A DNA stretch of 64,000 nt from Candidatus Nomurabacteria bacterium (GCA_026396065.1 JAPLXO010000003.1:1304-65303); one strand, 5' to 3'; positions 45,034 through 54,013 are shown, counted from the stretch's first letter. Made by a program: numbers and translations. Notes: generated by a model not told the origin, from the letters alone.

Positions 45034-46046
45034 GATTCAGCCATGCCTTCAATAATATCATATTGGTAGAAAATTTGTTTGTATCGTGGCGAGAATTTTT
45101 GCGAGGTAAAAGCAAACGAAAAGATGTGATTTTGTTTGGAATGAATTTGATGGATAATATTTTTTCTCTCCACAACGACCTTAAAAATAAAAAATATAAA
45201 CACAGTAATTACGAAGCATTTAAAATAAACGACCCGAAACCGAGAGACATACACAAAGCCAGTGTGCGAGACAGACTTTTACACCATTCTATCTATCGTA
45301 CGCTGTATCCGTACTTTGATAAGAAATTCATTTACGATTCATATTCTTGCCGATTAGGAAAGGGAACACATAAAGCAATATATAGATTTGAAAGTTTTGT
45401 AAATAAAGTAAGCAAGAATAATACAAAAACCTGCTGGGTTTTGAAATGCGACATCAGAAAGTTTTTTGCAAATATTGACCATGAAATATTGAAAAACATT
45501 TTGGCGAAATACATACAAGACAAAGATACATTAAATTTGTTAAGGAATATAATAGATAGCTTTCAAAGTGACACAAACTCTGCCTATGCAGAAAGTGTGT
45601 CACTTTCTGCTATTGGTTTACCGTTAGGTAATTTAACTTCACAGCTTCTAGTAAATATTTATATGAATGAATTTGATCAGTACGTGAAGCATAAGCTCAA
45701 AGTGAAATATTATATTAGATATGCGGATGATTTTGTAGTATTGAGTGAAGATAAAAAGTATTTGGAAGAAATACTGGAAGAAGTCGCAAATTTTCTGAAA
45801 GAAAATTTGCGACTAAAGTTACATCCAAACAAAGTTTTTAGTAAAACAATATTTTCTGGTGTAGACTTTCTCGGCTGGGTGCATTTTCCAAGACATCGAG
45901 TGTTGCGAAATGCTACTAAAAAAAGAATGCTTAGAAATTTAAAGAAAAATAGTAGTGAAAATGTAAAAGCTTCATATTTAGGAATGTTGAGTCATGGGAA
46001 TGGTTTTAAATTAAAGAATCATATTTACGCCATGGCTGAGATATAA
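45015..46046 (+). CDS. DGR reverse transcriptase
   Basis: IGLPLGNLTSQ (DGR-specific IGxxxSQ motif 4), YADD (YIRYADDFVV). N-terminus ILVENLFVSWREFLRGKSKRKD aligns to Bordetella bRT. Apparent GTG start inside the GT tract. Confidence 0.9.
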   Translation: MCVCVCGFSHAFNNIILVENLFVSWREFLRGKSKRKDVILFGMNLMDNIFSLHNDLKNKKYKHSNYEAFKINDPKPRDIHKASVRDRLLHHSIYRTLYPYFDKKFIYDSYSCRLGKGTHKAIYRFESFVNKVSKNNTKTCWVLKCDIRKFFANIDHEILKNILAKYIQDKDTLNLLRNIIDSFQSDTNSAYAESVSLSAIGLPLGNLTSQLLVNIYMNEFDQYVKHKLKVKYYIRYADDFVVLSEDKKYLEEILEEVANFLKENLRLKLHPNKVFSKTIFSGVDFLGWVHFPRHRVLRNATKKRMLRNLKKNSSENVKASYLGMLSHGNGFKLKNHIYAMAEI

Positions 46047-46056
46047 AATAAATATT

Positions 46057-48321
46057 TTATTCAAAATGCAATTGTAAATGCTTCTTTGTGAGCATGTCTT
46101 TTAATTTTGGGAAATTACGGAGGTCTGGGTCAGTGGTTATTAGGTTTGTCGCTTCGAGGCGTGCGGCTTCTACCATTTTTATATTTTTAATCGCTTCCAT
46201 ACCGAGGTCGGTGATGCCCCATTGCTTTGAGCCTGCGAGTTCTCCTGCACCACGGAGCGATAGGTCGAGTTCAGAAAGCTCGAAACCATTTTTAGCCGTT
46301 TTTAATGCTTTCAATCGATGCATAGTTTTTTCTGATTTGGCTTCGGCAAAAACATAACAAAAGGCTTGATGATTACTACGTATCACGCGTCCGCGGAGCT
46401 GGTGAAGTTGTGCGAGTCCAAATCTCTCTGCACCTTCGATAATTATTATTGTAGCATTAGGCACATTCACACCGACTTCGATTACAGAAGTCGCGACGAG
46501 AATATCAATAGCCCCTAAAGTGAAACGTTCCATAACTTTCTCCTTTTTTTCTTTTGTCATCTTACTGTGGAGCACATCTATTTCACAGTCTTGGAAAACT
46601 TCTTTTTTAAGTCTTTTGGCTTCAGCGACTGCGGATTTCATGGTGAGGGCGAGTTCTTTTTCAGGATCTGGTTCGTCGATACGAGGGCAGATGACATAGA
46701 GCTGTCTACCTTTCGCCATTTCTTCTTTTATTTTTTTATAAGTATCTTCTCTTTTGTCTGGGGTAATTATTTCTGTAATAACTGGTTTTCTACCAGCTGG
46801 CATCTCATCGAGTAAACTCAAATCAAGGTCACCATAAATAGTGAGTGCGAGTGTGCGGGGGATCGGTGTCGCTGTCATTGAAAGTAGGTGTGGAGCGAAG
46901 CCATCCTTTCTAACTAAATTTCTTCTCTGTGCCGTACCGAAACGGTGTTGCTCGTCGATGATAGTAAGTGCGAGATTTTTAAATTTCACCGATTTTGAAA
47001 TGAGTGCGTGAGTGCCGATAAGTATTGGAATTTCACCATTAGCAGTCCATTTCAAAAGTTGAGCTCTGGAAATATTTGTCCATCCGTCAGGGCTGACTTT
47101 GGATGGAAATTTGCGACAGGTCTTGCCTGTAAGTAGTGCTACATTTATTGGTAAGTGTTTAAAATATTTTATAAATGATTCAAAATGCTGAGTCGCTAAA
47201 ATTTCTGTCGGTGCCATATAGGCGACTTGTAAATTACCGAATCCATCTTTCCCCTCCTGCCTGAGGAGGGGTGTTTTGGAATCAAAACGGGGTGGTGGGA
47301 GAGGAGGTCTTTGAGTAACTGTGGCATATGTTACCGTCGCAGCGACTGCTGTTTTACCAGAGCCGACGTCACCTTCGAGCAGGCGAGACATTGGGTGATC
47401 AGCTTTTATATCTGTCAGAATTGTGTTGATAGCATCGACTTGGCCTTGAGTGGCTTCAAAAGGAAAACGTTCCAAAAATTCTTGTACTTTTGTTTCATCT
47501 GGATTAACACGAAATGATTTATTATTTTTATATTCTCTTCGGTCTTGTTGTCTTTGTAATTGGATGAAAAAAACTTCTTCAAAAGCAAAACGCTTTCTAG
47601 CTGAAAGGGAATCATGTTCATTTTGCGGTGTGTGAATCCAAATGAGTGATGTTTTTAAACTAGGTAAATGATATTTATCTAAAATGTCTTTTGGTATGTA
47701 ATCAAAAAAACCATCTAGCACACTACTGTTAAATATTTTTTGTATTGTATGGTAAATCCATTTAGAAGTTATGCCTCTAGTTTCTCTGTATACAGGATAT
47801 GAAAGTCCTGTATTATTTTCTCCCCCTTTATAAGGGGGAGTGCCCAAAGGGCGAGGGGGTGAATTTTTAAATAAACTCTCATGTTTATCTATCGGTAGAT
47901 TTCCAATTTTTTCAAATTCTGGATTGGTAAGATATAAACCACTTTTACTTTCCGTCACTTTTCCTGTTAGCTTTATATTTTCACCTTCGTGAATCATTTT
48001 GGCTAGATATGCTTGGTGAAACCAAATGATTTTTATTCTCCCTGAAAGATCCTCAATATAAGCTTCACCCATTGGTATATGTGAACGAAAACCTTTTTTT
48101 GTTTTTAAATTTGTAACTTTTCCATAAACCGTCGCTGTCTCACCAGCTATCAATTCATCGATTTGTTTTATTTGAGAAATATCTGAGTAACGAACAGGAA
48201 AGTAGAATAGCAAATCGGCAACAGAAAAAAGCCCGAGCTTATGAAGGGCTTTTTTCTGGTTGATATCGAGGCGGGAAATATCCTCTAACTTATCACCTAT
48301 ATTCATAGTTTTAGTTACCAA
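46057..48321 (-). CDS. recG: ATP-dependent DNA helicase RecG, with two in-frame palindromic insertions
   Basis: Wedge/OB N-terminus. GDVGSGKT (motif I), DEQHRFG (motif II), C-terminal helicase motifs. 754 aa. Confidence 0.9.
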   Translation of the reverse strand: MVTKTMNIGDKLEDISRLDINQKKALHKLGLFSVADLLFYFPVRYSDISQIKQIDELIAGETATVYGKVTNLKTKKGFRSHIPMGEAYIEDLSGRIKIIWFHQAYLAKMIHEGENIKLTGKVTESKSGLYLTNPEFEKIGNLPIDKHESLFKNSPPRPLGTPPYKGGENNTGLSYPVYRETRGITSKWIYHTIQKIFNSSVLDGFFDYIPKDILDKYHLPSLKTSLIWIHTPQNEHDSLSARKRFAFEEVFFIQLQRQQDRREYKNNKSFRVNPDETKVQEFLERFPFEATQGQVDAINTILTDIKADHPMSRLLEGDVGSGKTAVAATVTYATVTQRPPLPPPRFDSKTPLLRQEGKDGFGNLQVAYMAPTEILATQHFESFIKYFKHLPINVALLTGKTCRKFPSKVSPDGWTNISRAQLLKWTANGEIPILIGTHALISKSVKFKNLALTIIDEQHRFGTAQRRNLVRKDGFAPHLLSMTATPIPRTLALTIYGDLDLSLLDEMPAGRKPVITEIITPDKREDTYKKIKEEMAKGRQLYVICPRIDEPDPEKELALTMKSAVAEAKRLKKEVFQDCEIDVLHSKMTKEKKEKVMERFTLGAIDILVATSVIEVGVNVPNATIIIIEGAERFGLAQLHQLRGRVIRSNHQAFCYVFAEAKSEKTMHRLKALKTAKNGFELSELDLSLRGAGELAGSKQWGITDLGMEAIKNIKMVEAARLEATNLITTDPDLRNFPKLKDMLTKKHLQLHFE
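47222..47308. repeat. GC-rich palindromic insert in recG, between helicase motifs I and Ia
   Basis: CCCCTCCtgcctgaGGAGGGG ... GGGTGGTGGGAGAGGAGG. Encodes RPPLPPPRFDSKTPLLRQEGKDGFGNL where other RecG run directly into QVA(Y)MAPTEILA. Confidence 0.75.
47810..47851. repeat. GC-rich palindromic mini-element in recG
   Basis: CTCCCCCTTtatAAGGGGGAG + GCCCaaaGGGC. Encodes GTPPYKGGENN. Confidence 0.8.
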
Positions 48322-48685
48322 TTAATTCTTTTATTTTCTTTGTCAGTTCATCAAGTGTGAAATTTGATTTTACCATGAATTCACTGATACCTAGCTTTTG
48401 TGCACGTGAAATATCTTTTTCTTCTGAAAGATTTGAGAATACTATTACTGGAATAGTAAGCATTGCTTTATTTTCACGGATTTTTTCTAAAATCATAAAA
48501 CCATCAACTTGAGGAAGAAGTAGATCTAATAATATTAAATCTATCTTTTCTCCGCTATCTGTAATCTTAAATACCTCATCGCTATTTATAGCCACAAGTA
48601 CCTCATACCCTTCTTTTTTAAGTTTGGTTGCTTCTAGACCTTGTAGGAATAGATCATCTTCAACAATCAGTATTTTTTTAGACAT
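48311..48685 (-). CDS. response regulator receiver-domain protein (CheY-like, stand-alone)
   Basis: KILIVEDD...DLILLDLLLP phospho-acceptor Asp region. Confidence 0.8.
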   Translation of the reverse strand: MSKKILIVEDDLFLQGLEATKLKKEGYEVLVAINSDEVFKITDSGEKIDLILLDLLLPQVDGFMILEKIRENKAMLTIPVIVFSNLSEEKDISRAQKLGISEFMVKSNFTLDELTKKIKELIGN

Positions 48686-48720
48686 ATGGATATTATACTA
48701 CAAGCAGAAAGCCTTGCAAG

Positions 48721-49476
48721 TTATTTTTTAGCTATAGGTACTGTAAAGAAAAAGGTCGTACCATGGCCTGCTTCACTTTCAAACCAGACTTTTCCACCCT
48801 GAGCCTCAGATATTTTCTTTGTTGTATATAATCCAATTCCAGACCCCATAGCTTCTTTTTTTTGTGCATCATCAGTGCGATAGAATTTTTCAAATATTTT
48901 TTTCTTACTATCTTCAGATATACCAATACCAGAGTCTTTTACAGATACTTCTACTAATCCATCGTCGTTTACTTTTATTGAAATAAATATTTTACCATGG
49001 TAATGACTATATTTAATTGCATTCTCTATCAAATTTTGTAATATTACTCGAGTTTTTTCCTTATCTATTTTTACATGAGGTATTGTATTATTCGGTTTTA
49101 AGAAAATTATTTCAATACCACGCCCCATTGATTCTCCAGAAAAATCAAAAATTGTACTTTCAATAATTTCTATCAAATTAGCATTTTCAAAAATATATTT
49201 TTTTTCTACTACATCTTCTGACTTGTTAATAAGTAAAATTTCACTTACAAGACTTATCGCTCTTTCATTTCCATCTGATGCTTTTCTAAGCAATGTTTCT
49301 TGTTCTAACGTAAGTCTTCCTAAGTCTCCATCTAGAAACATCCTTATTATCCATTTTAGTGCAGCCAACGATGTGCGTATTTGGTGCGCACCAATAGACA
49401 CAATTTCTGATTTTACAGAATTCAATTTTACTAGACGTTCATTTTCACTTTTTAATTTTTCTATTTCTTCAGGCAT
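48721..49476 (-). CDS. sensor histidine kinase, cytoplasmic (HisKA plus HATPase_c)
   Basis: H-box GAHQIRTSLAAL, N-box LIENAIKYS, G-boxes DSGIGI and GSGIGL. Confidence 0.8.
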   Translation of the reverse strand: MPEEIEKLKSENERLVKLNSVKSEIVSIGAHQIRTSLAALKWIIRMFLDGDLGRLTLEQETLLRKASDGNERAISLVSEILLINKSEDVVEKKYIFENANLIEIIESTIFDFSGESMGRGIEIIFLKPNNTIPHVKIDKEKTRVILQNLIENAIKYSHYHGKIFISIKVNDDGLVEVSVKDSGIGISEDSKKKIFEKFYRTDDAQKKEAMGSGIGLYTTKKISEAQGGKVWFESEAGHGTTFFFTVPIAKK

Positions 49477-49540
49477 AAGAGTATTTTAGCATAAGATTTT
49501 ATTATTAGATATTCTTTGATGGAAGTATTATAATGTAAAT

Positions 49541-50515
49541 ATGAATAAAAAAGTCTTTATAACAAGGAATATTCCAGACCTCGGGATTACTATGTTAAAA
49601 AATAAGGGTTATGAGGTAGATATTTATCCAAAGAATAAAATAATGTCTCAAAAAGAGCTTATTTCTATATTAAAAAAGAAAGATTATGATGCTGTTTTGT
49701 GTCTTTTGACTGATAAAATAGATGCAAAAGTCTATAATGCCTCACCATCGGTAAAAATATATTCAAACTATGCTACGGGTTTTGATAATTTAGATTTAGC
49801 TGAAGCTAAAAAAAGAGGAATTTTGATTGCGAATTCTCCAGCCGATTTGTCTTCAGAAGCTGTCGCCGAGCATGCACTCGTAATGATGTTAGCTCTTGCA
49901 GCGCGAATAGTAGAAGCTGATGATTTTGTTCGTCGTGGAAAGTATAAAGGTTGGGATCCGATGCATTTTATCGGTACAGATATTTTAGGAAAAACTCTCG
50001 GGCTCGTCGGTGCTGGTAGAATAGGGGAACGAGTAGCCTTTTATGCAAAAGGCTTAGGAATGAAAATAATTTATACAGATGTCACAAAAAATCCTAGAAT
50101 AGAAGAATCAGTCGGCGCAGAATATTTTGCTACTATGGAAGAACTTTTACCAAAAGCAGATATTGTGACTTTACATGTGCCACTTTTAGAATCGACAAAA
50201 CATTTAATGAATGAAAAACATTTTAAAATGATGAAGCAGACTGCTTTTTTAGTAAATACTTCTCGTGGCCCTGTCGTAGATGAAAAAGCACTCGTGAAAG
50301 CTTTGAAAGAAAAAGTGATTGCAGGTGCAGGACTGGATGTTTTTGAATTTGAACCAAAATTGGTTTCTGGTTTATCAAAACTTCAAAATGTAATTCTCAC
50401 ACCACATATCGGATCTGCAAGTATCGAAGCTCGAAATCAAATGGCCGAGGTTGCCGTAAATAATATAATAGATTTTTTTGAAGGAAAAGTTCCTGCAAAT
50501 ATCGTAAATAAATAA
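49541..50515 (+). CDS. D-isomer-specific 2-hydroxyacid dehydrogenase (glycerate/hydroxypyruvate/phosphoglycerate dehydrogenase family)
   Basis: [16 protein letters not shown]-binding motif and catalytic domain signatures. Confidence 0.85.
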   Translation: MNKKVFITRNIPDLGITMLKNKGYEVDIYPKNKIMSQKELISILKKKDYDAVLCLLTDKIDAKVYNASPSVKIYSNYATGFDNLDLAEAKKRGILIANSPADLSSEAVAEHALVMMLALAARIVEADDFVRRGKYKGWDPMHFIGTDILGKTLGLVGAGRIGERVAFYAKGLGMKIIYTDVTKNPRIEESVGAEYFATMEELLPKADIVTLHVPLLESTKHLMNEKHFKMMKQTAFLVNTSRGPVVDEKALVKALKEKVIAGAGLDVFEFEPKLVSGLSKLQNVILTPHIGSASIEARNQMAEVAVNNIIDFFEGKVPANIVNK

Positions 50516-50525
50516 AATAAAAAAT

Positions 50526-51953
50526 ATGATTGGAAAATTAATTATCGCAAGACATGAAGAATCGGAATGGAATAAGCTAGGTAAATGGACTGGTTCTATG
50601 AATATTGGTTTGACAGAAAAAGGTTTTGATAATTCTCGAAAAATGGGGGAACTTATTCGTGGTATTCCAATGGATCAAGCCTTTGCTTCGACACAAATTC
50701 GCTCTCTTGAAACACTGCTTTGTATGGAGGACGATATTTGTATTGATTTACCGATTACTCGTTCTTCAGCTTTAAATGAAAGGGATTATGGGGATTATAC
50801 TGGAAAAAATAAATGGGAAATGAAAGACCTGTTGGGCGAAGAAGAATTTGATAAACTTCGTCGCAATTGGGATTATCCTGTGCCAAACGGTGAGACATTA
50901 AAAGTTGTTTATGAAAGGGTGGTGCCATATTATTTAAATACTATTTTACCAATTTTAAAAGAAGGGAAGACTGTACTTCTCGTCGCTCATGGAAATTCAC
51001 TTCGAGCTTTGATGAAATATTTAGAAAATATTTCTGATGAAAATATTTCTCATTTAGAGATGCTTTTCGATACTGTTGTTATTTATGAAATAAATGAAGA
51101 GGGAAGAATGATTAATAAAGAAGAGAGACATATGCCAGTTGTAAAAGATGATACAAAAAAAGTCGCACAGATTGTGGCGACGATTGGGATTAATTCTGGA
51201 AACAGAGAAACACTTTTGGAATTGATAAATCACAATATGAATGTGGCACGACTAAATTTTTCTTGGTCCGATCTCGCCTGGCATGAAGAACATATTAAAA
51301 TGATTCGTGATATGGCGAAAGAGGCTGGAAAAAATATTTTAATTATTCAAGATTTACCAGGGCCGAGAATTCAAGAAGAACACGGGCATACATATGACAA
51401 GACAATGACTTTTGATATGACTGAGCAAGACAAAAACTTTGTGAAGTTTGGTGTAGAGCAGGGAGTAGACTATATAGCTCTTTCATTTGTCGGTAGTAAA
51501 AAAGAAATAGAAGAATGTAGAGAACTTGTAAAAAGTCTTAATGGCACACAAAAAATAATTGCGAAAGTAGAAAGAAAAGTCGCCCTCGATAACCTTGAAG
51601 AAATTATTTCTTCGGCTGATGCTGTAATGGTGGCGAGGGGAGACCTTGGCAATGAATTCCCATTAGAAGAAATTCCTTTCATTCAAGAAAAGATAATTAA
51701 AGCTTGTAATAAAGCTGGCAAACCTGTGATCACTGCGACACAAATGATGCTCTCGATGGTAAACAGTCCGACACCGACAAGAGCAGAAGTGACCGATGTG
51801 GATACTGCAATACTACAGGGAAGTGATGCAGTAATGCTCTCTGAAGAAACAGCCACAGGTAAATACCCAGTCGAAGCGGTGACTATGATGGAGAAAATAA
51901 TTCTCGAAGCTGAGAGTCATATGACCGGTGATAAAAAATTAAATCTTTTATAA
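50526..51953 (+). CDS. fusion protein: 2,3-BPG-dependent phosphoglycerate mutase (N) plus pyruvate kinase A-domain lacking B and C domains (C)
   Basis: N-terminal [17 protein letters not shown] ... [11 protein letters not shown] (dPGM). C-terminal [10 protein letters not shown]...[76 protein letters not shown] (PK). Confidence 0.8.
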   Translation: MIGKLIIARHEESEWNKLGKWTGSMNIGLTEKGFDNSRKMGELIRGIPMDQAFASTQIRSLETLLCMEDDICIDLPITRSSALNERDYGDYTGKNKWEMKDLLGEEEFDKLRRNWDYPVPNGETLKVVYERVVPYYLNTILPILKEGKTVLLVAHGNSLRALMKYLENISDENISHLEMLFDTVVIYEINEEGRMINKEERHMPVVKDDTKKVAQIVATIGINSGNRETLLELINHNMNVARLNFSWSDLAWHEEHIKMIRDMAKEAGKNILIIQDLPGPRIQEEHGHTYDKTMTFDMTEQDKNFVKFGVEQGVDYIALSFVGSKKEIEECRELVKSLNGTQKIIAKVERKVALDNLEEIISSADAVMVARGDLGNEFPLEEIPFIQEKIIKACNKAGKPVITATQMMLSMVNSPTPTRAEVTDVDTAILQGSDAVMLSEETATGKYPVEAVTMMEKIILEAESHMTGDKKLNLL

Positions 51954-51958
51954 AATTT

Positions 51959-53209
51959 ATGCAAAAAATAAAAAAAGTTACGGGGAGGGAAATAATAGAT
52001 TCACGAGGAAATCCGACTGTCGAAGTGGAGTGTGAACTTGAGAGTGGGACAGTGGCTGTGGCTGGTGTGCCGTCGGGGGCGAGTACTGGAATACACGAAG
52101 CCTTGGAATTGCGAGATAGAGATATGGCCAGATACAATGGCCTCGGAGTTTTGAATGCGGTAAATAATGTAAATACTATAATTAATGAAAATATTTCTGG
52201 GAAAGAATTTAATCAGAGATCTTTAGATGAAACTTTGATTACACTCGACGGCACAAAAAATAAATCCAAACTCGGAGCGAATGCAATACTCGGAGTGTCG
52301 CTCGCTTTTGCTCGCGCAGTCTCTCTCGAGAAAAAAATAAATTTATATGAATATTTAGGGTCTTTAGTCGGCAATACACAATACACTTTACCTGAGCCAA
52401 TGTTCAATGTGATCAATGGTGGTAAGCACGCAGATAGTGGACTCGATATTCAAGAATTTATGATTATCCCCGTCGGCATAAAAACTTTCAAAGAAAAAGT
52501 GCGAGTCGTTTCAGAAGTTATTTCAGCCTTGAAAAGAGTTTTAGTAGAAAAAGGTTTCGGCGTTGGTGTGGGGGATGAGGGTGGCTTTGCACCAAAACTC
52601 GCTTCCAATGAAGAAGCTTTTGATATTTTAATACAAGCAATACAAAATGCTGGCTATACTACAGAGCAAATAAAGATCGGTATCGATGCGGCAGCATCAA
52701 GCTTCTTTATAGATGGAATGTATAAATTAAAAATAGCAGGGGAGGAGAAAAGTTTGAATACCGAGGAAATGATAGCTTGGTATGAAAAGCTCGTATCTAC
52801 ATACCCGATAATTTCTATCGAAGACGGACTCAATGAAGAGGATTGGGCTGGATTCGTATCATTAAATAAAAAACTCGGAGACAATATAAAAATAATAGGG
52901 GATGACCTACTCGTGACGAATGTAGAAAAAATACAAAAAGCTATAACAGAGAATGCAGTGAATTCTGTTTTGATAAAATTGAATCAAATCGGAACTTTGT
53001 CTGAGACTATTGATGCGATACAAATGACTAAAAAACAAAATTGGAATGCAATCGTATCTCATCGCTCAGGGGAGACGAATGATACATTTATCGCTGATCT
53101 CGCTGTGGGCTTTTCATGTGGCTACATAAAATCCGGATCACTTACTCGCGAAGAAAGAGTTTGTAAATATAATCGTTTGATGGAGATAGAAGAAGATATT
53201 TCTAAATAA
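51959..53209 (+). CDS. eno: enolase
   Basis: ITGREIIDSRGNPTVEVE, SGASTGIHEALELRD, and a C-terminal IKLNQIGTLSET...SHRSGETND. Confidence 0.95.
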   Translation: MQKIKKVTGREIIDSRGNPTVEVECELESGTVAVAGVPSGASTGIHEALELRDRDMARYNGLGVLNAVNNVNTIINENISGKEFNQRSLDETLITLDGTKNKSKLGANAILGVSLAFARAVSLEKKINLYEYLGSLVGNTQYTLPEPMFNVINGGKHADSGLDIQEFMIIPVGIKTFKEKVRVVSEVISALKRVLVEKGFGVGVGDEGGFAPKLASNEEAFDILIQAIQNAGYTTEQIKIGIDAAASSFFIDGMYKLKIAGEEKSLNTEEMIAWYEKLVSTYPIISIEDGLNEEDWAGFVSLNKKLGDNIKIIGDDLLVTNVEKIQKAITENAVNSVLIKLNQIGTLSETIDAIQMTKKQNWNAIVSHRSGETNDTFIADLAVGFSCGYIKSGSLTREERVCKYNRLMEIEEDISK

Positions 53210-53257
53210 AAAAAGCTAGCAATGTGTTTAGTTGTTGGATTTGCGTATTGCAAATCC

Positions 53258-53286
53258 TTGACCTATCAATGAGTTTATGATATTAT
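53258..53286 (+). promoter_or_regulatory. sigma70-like promoter upstream of the 53365 gene
   Basis: TTGACC - 17 bp - TATTAT. Confidence 0.4.
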
Positions 53287-53364
53287 AAAGTTAGGTTAGT
53301 TGAGGTCTAAAGCCTCGTTAAACAAGCCAAAAAAGTAAAAGTTTAACCTTTAAAAACTAAAAAA

Positions 53365-53745
53365 ATGAATCTAGGAGAATTAGCCAACAGGCTTACAACA
53401 GACGCGAAAGTTTTTCGCAACAAAAAATTAATTACTGAAGTCCTTCCTAAGGTAAACGGACAGGAAATCACCGAAGAAAATGTTAAAAAATTTATTAATG
53501 AATTTTTAACACAAGTAAAATTACCAGCAGATGTGAGAGATGTCATTGACCTTAAACTGGGTGATTATTCGAAGCGTGCTTTAAACAGTATCAGAAGAAA
53601 TAATCACATGAATGACTACGAAAGTGGAAACACTTTTAATCAAATTAGTGCTGAAGCTATTCTCGTTGATTTTATCAACTATGCTTGTATGCCACTTGAC
53701 CTTGGATTCTACACAAAGGATTTGCTTGAGAAAGTTCCTGCTTAA
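53365..53745 (+). CDS. hypothetical protein (126 aa)
   Basis: ORF followed by the terminator at 53774-53805. Confidence 0.5.
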   Translation: MNLGELANRLTTDAKVFRNKKLITEVLPKVNGQEITEENVKKFINEFLTQVKLPADVRDVIDLKLGDYSKRALNSIRRNNHMNDYESGNTFNQISAEAILVDFINYACMPLDLGFYTKDLLEKVPA

Positions 53746-53773
53746 ATTTTGCCACAATGAAATCATTTTTAAA

Positions 53774-53805
53774 AGCCCCTCTGCTATGCACGGGCTTTTT
53801 ATTTT
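53774..53805 (+). terminator. rho-independent terminator
   Basis: AGCCCctctgctatgcacGGGCTTTTTATTTT. Confidence 0.5.
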
Positions 53806-53865
53806 TACTTTAAATTTAGAATGTGTTCACAAAAAAAAATGTTAAATACAGTTAAAAAAACTTTG

Positions 53866-53951
53866 CGGAAGCGGTGAGATTCGAACTCACGGTCCTTTAA
53901 AGGGACGGCGGTTTAGTAAACCGCTGCCTTAAACCACTCGGCCACGCTTCC
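53866..53951 (-). tRNA. type-II tRNA (Ser-like; long variable arm, G73) whose anticodon reads ACT
   Basis: GGAAGCGTGGCCGAGTGGTTTAAGGCAGCGGTTTACTAAACCGCCGTCCCTTTAAAGGACCGTGAGTTCGAATCTCACCGCTTCCG. Perfect 5-bp anticodon stem GCGGT/ACCGC with loop TTACTAA. Confidence 0.6.
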
Positions 53952-54013
53952 AGTATGAAGCTGTAATAAAACGACTTTAATGTTATACTAGCACAACATA
54001 ATAGATATATAAA

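Larger units (their letters stand above)
43996..46046 (+). mobile_element. diversity-generating retroelement (VR-TR-avd-RT)
   Basis: Adenine-specific TR/VR divergence, plus an Avd-like and an IGxxxSQ-type RT. Confidence 0.85.

Noticed and set aside
44881-45254. Small ORFs 44881..45069 (+), 44945..45175 (-) and 44982..45254 (-) containing CVCVCV/THTHTH peptides.
   Set aside because: They are produced by the (GT)n microsatellite read in other frames or strands. They overlap avd and the RT.
45015-46046. The reverse transcriptase read as a group II intron maturase or retron RT.
   Set aside because: Its motif 4 is IGxxxSQ (DGR-type), not QGxxxSP. An Avd gene and an adenine-mutated TR/VR pair are adjacent. 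No intron RNA domain V/VI structure or retron msr/msd was seen.
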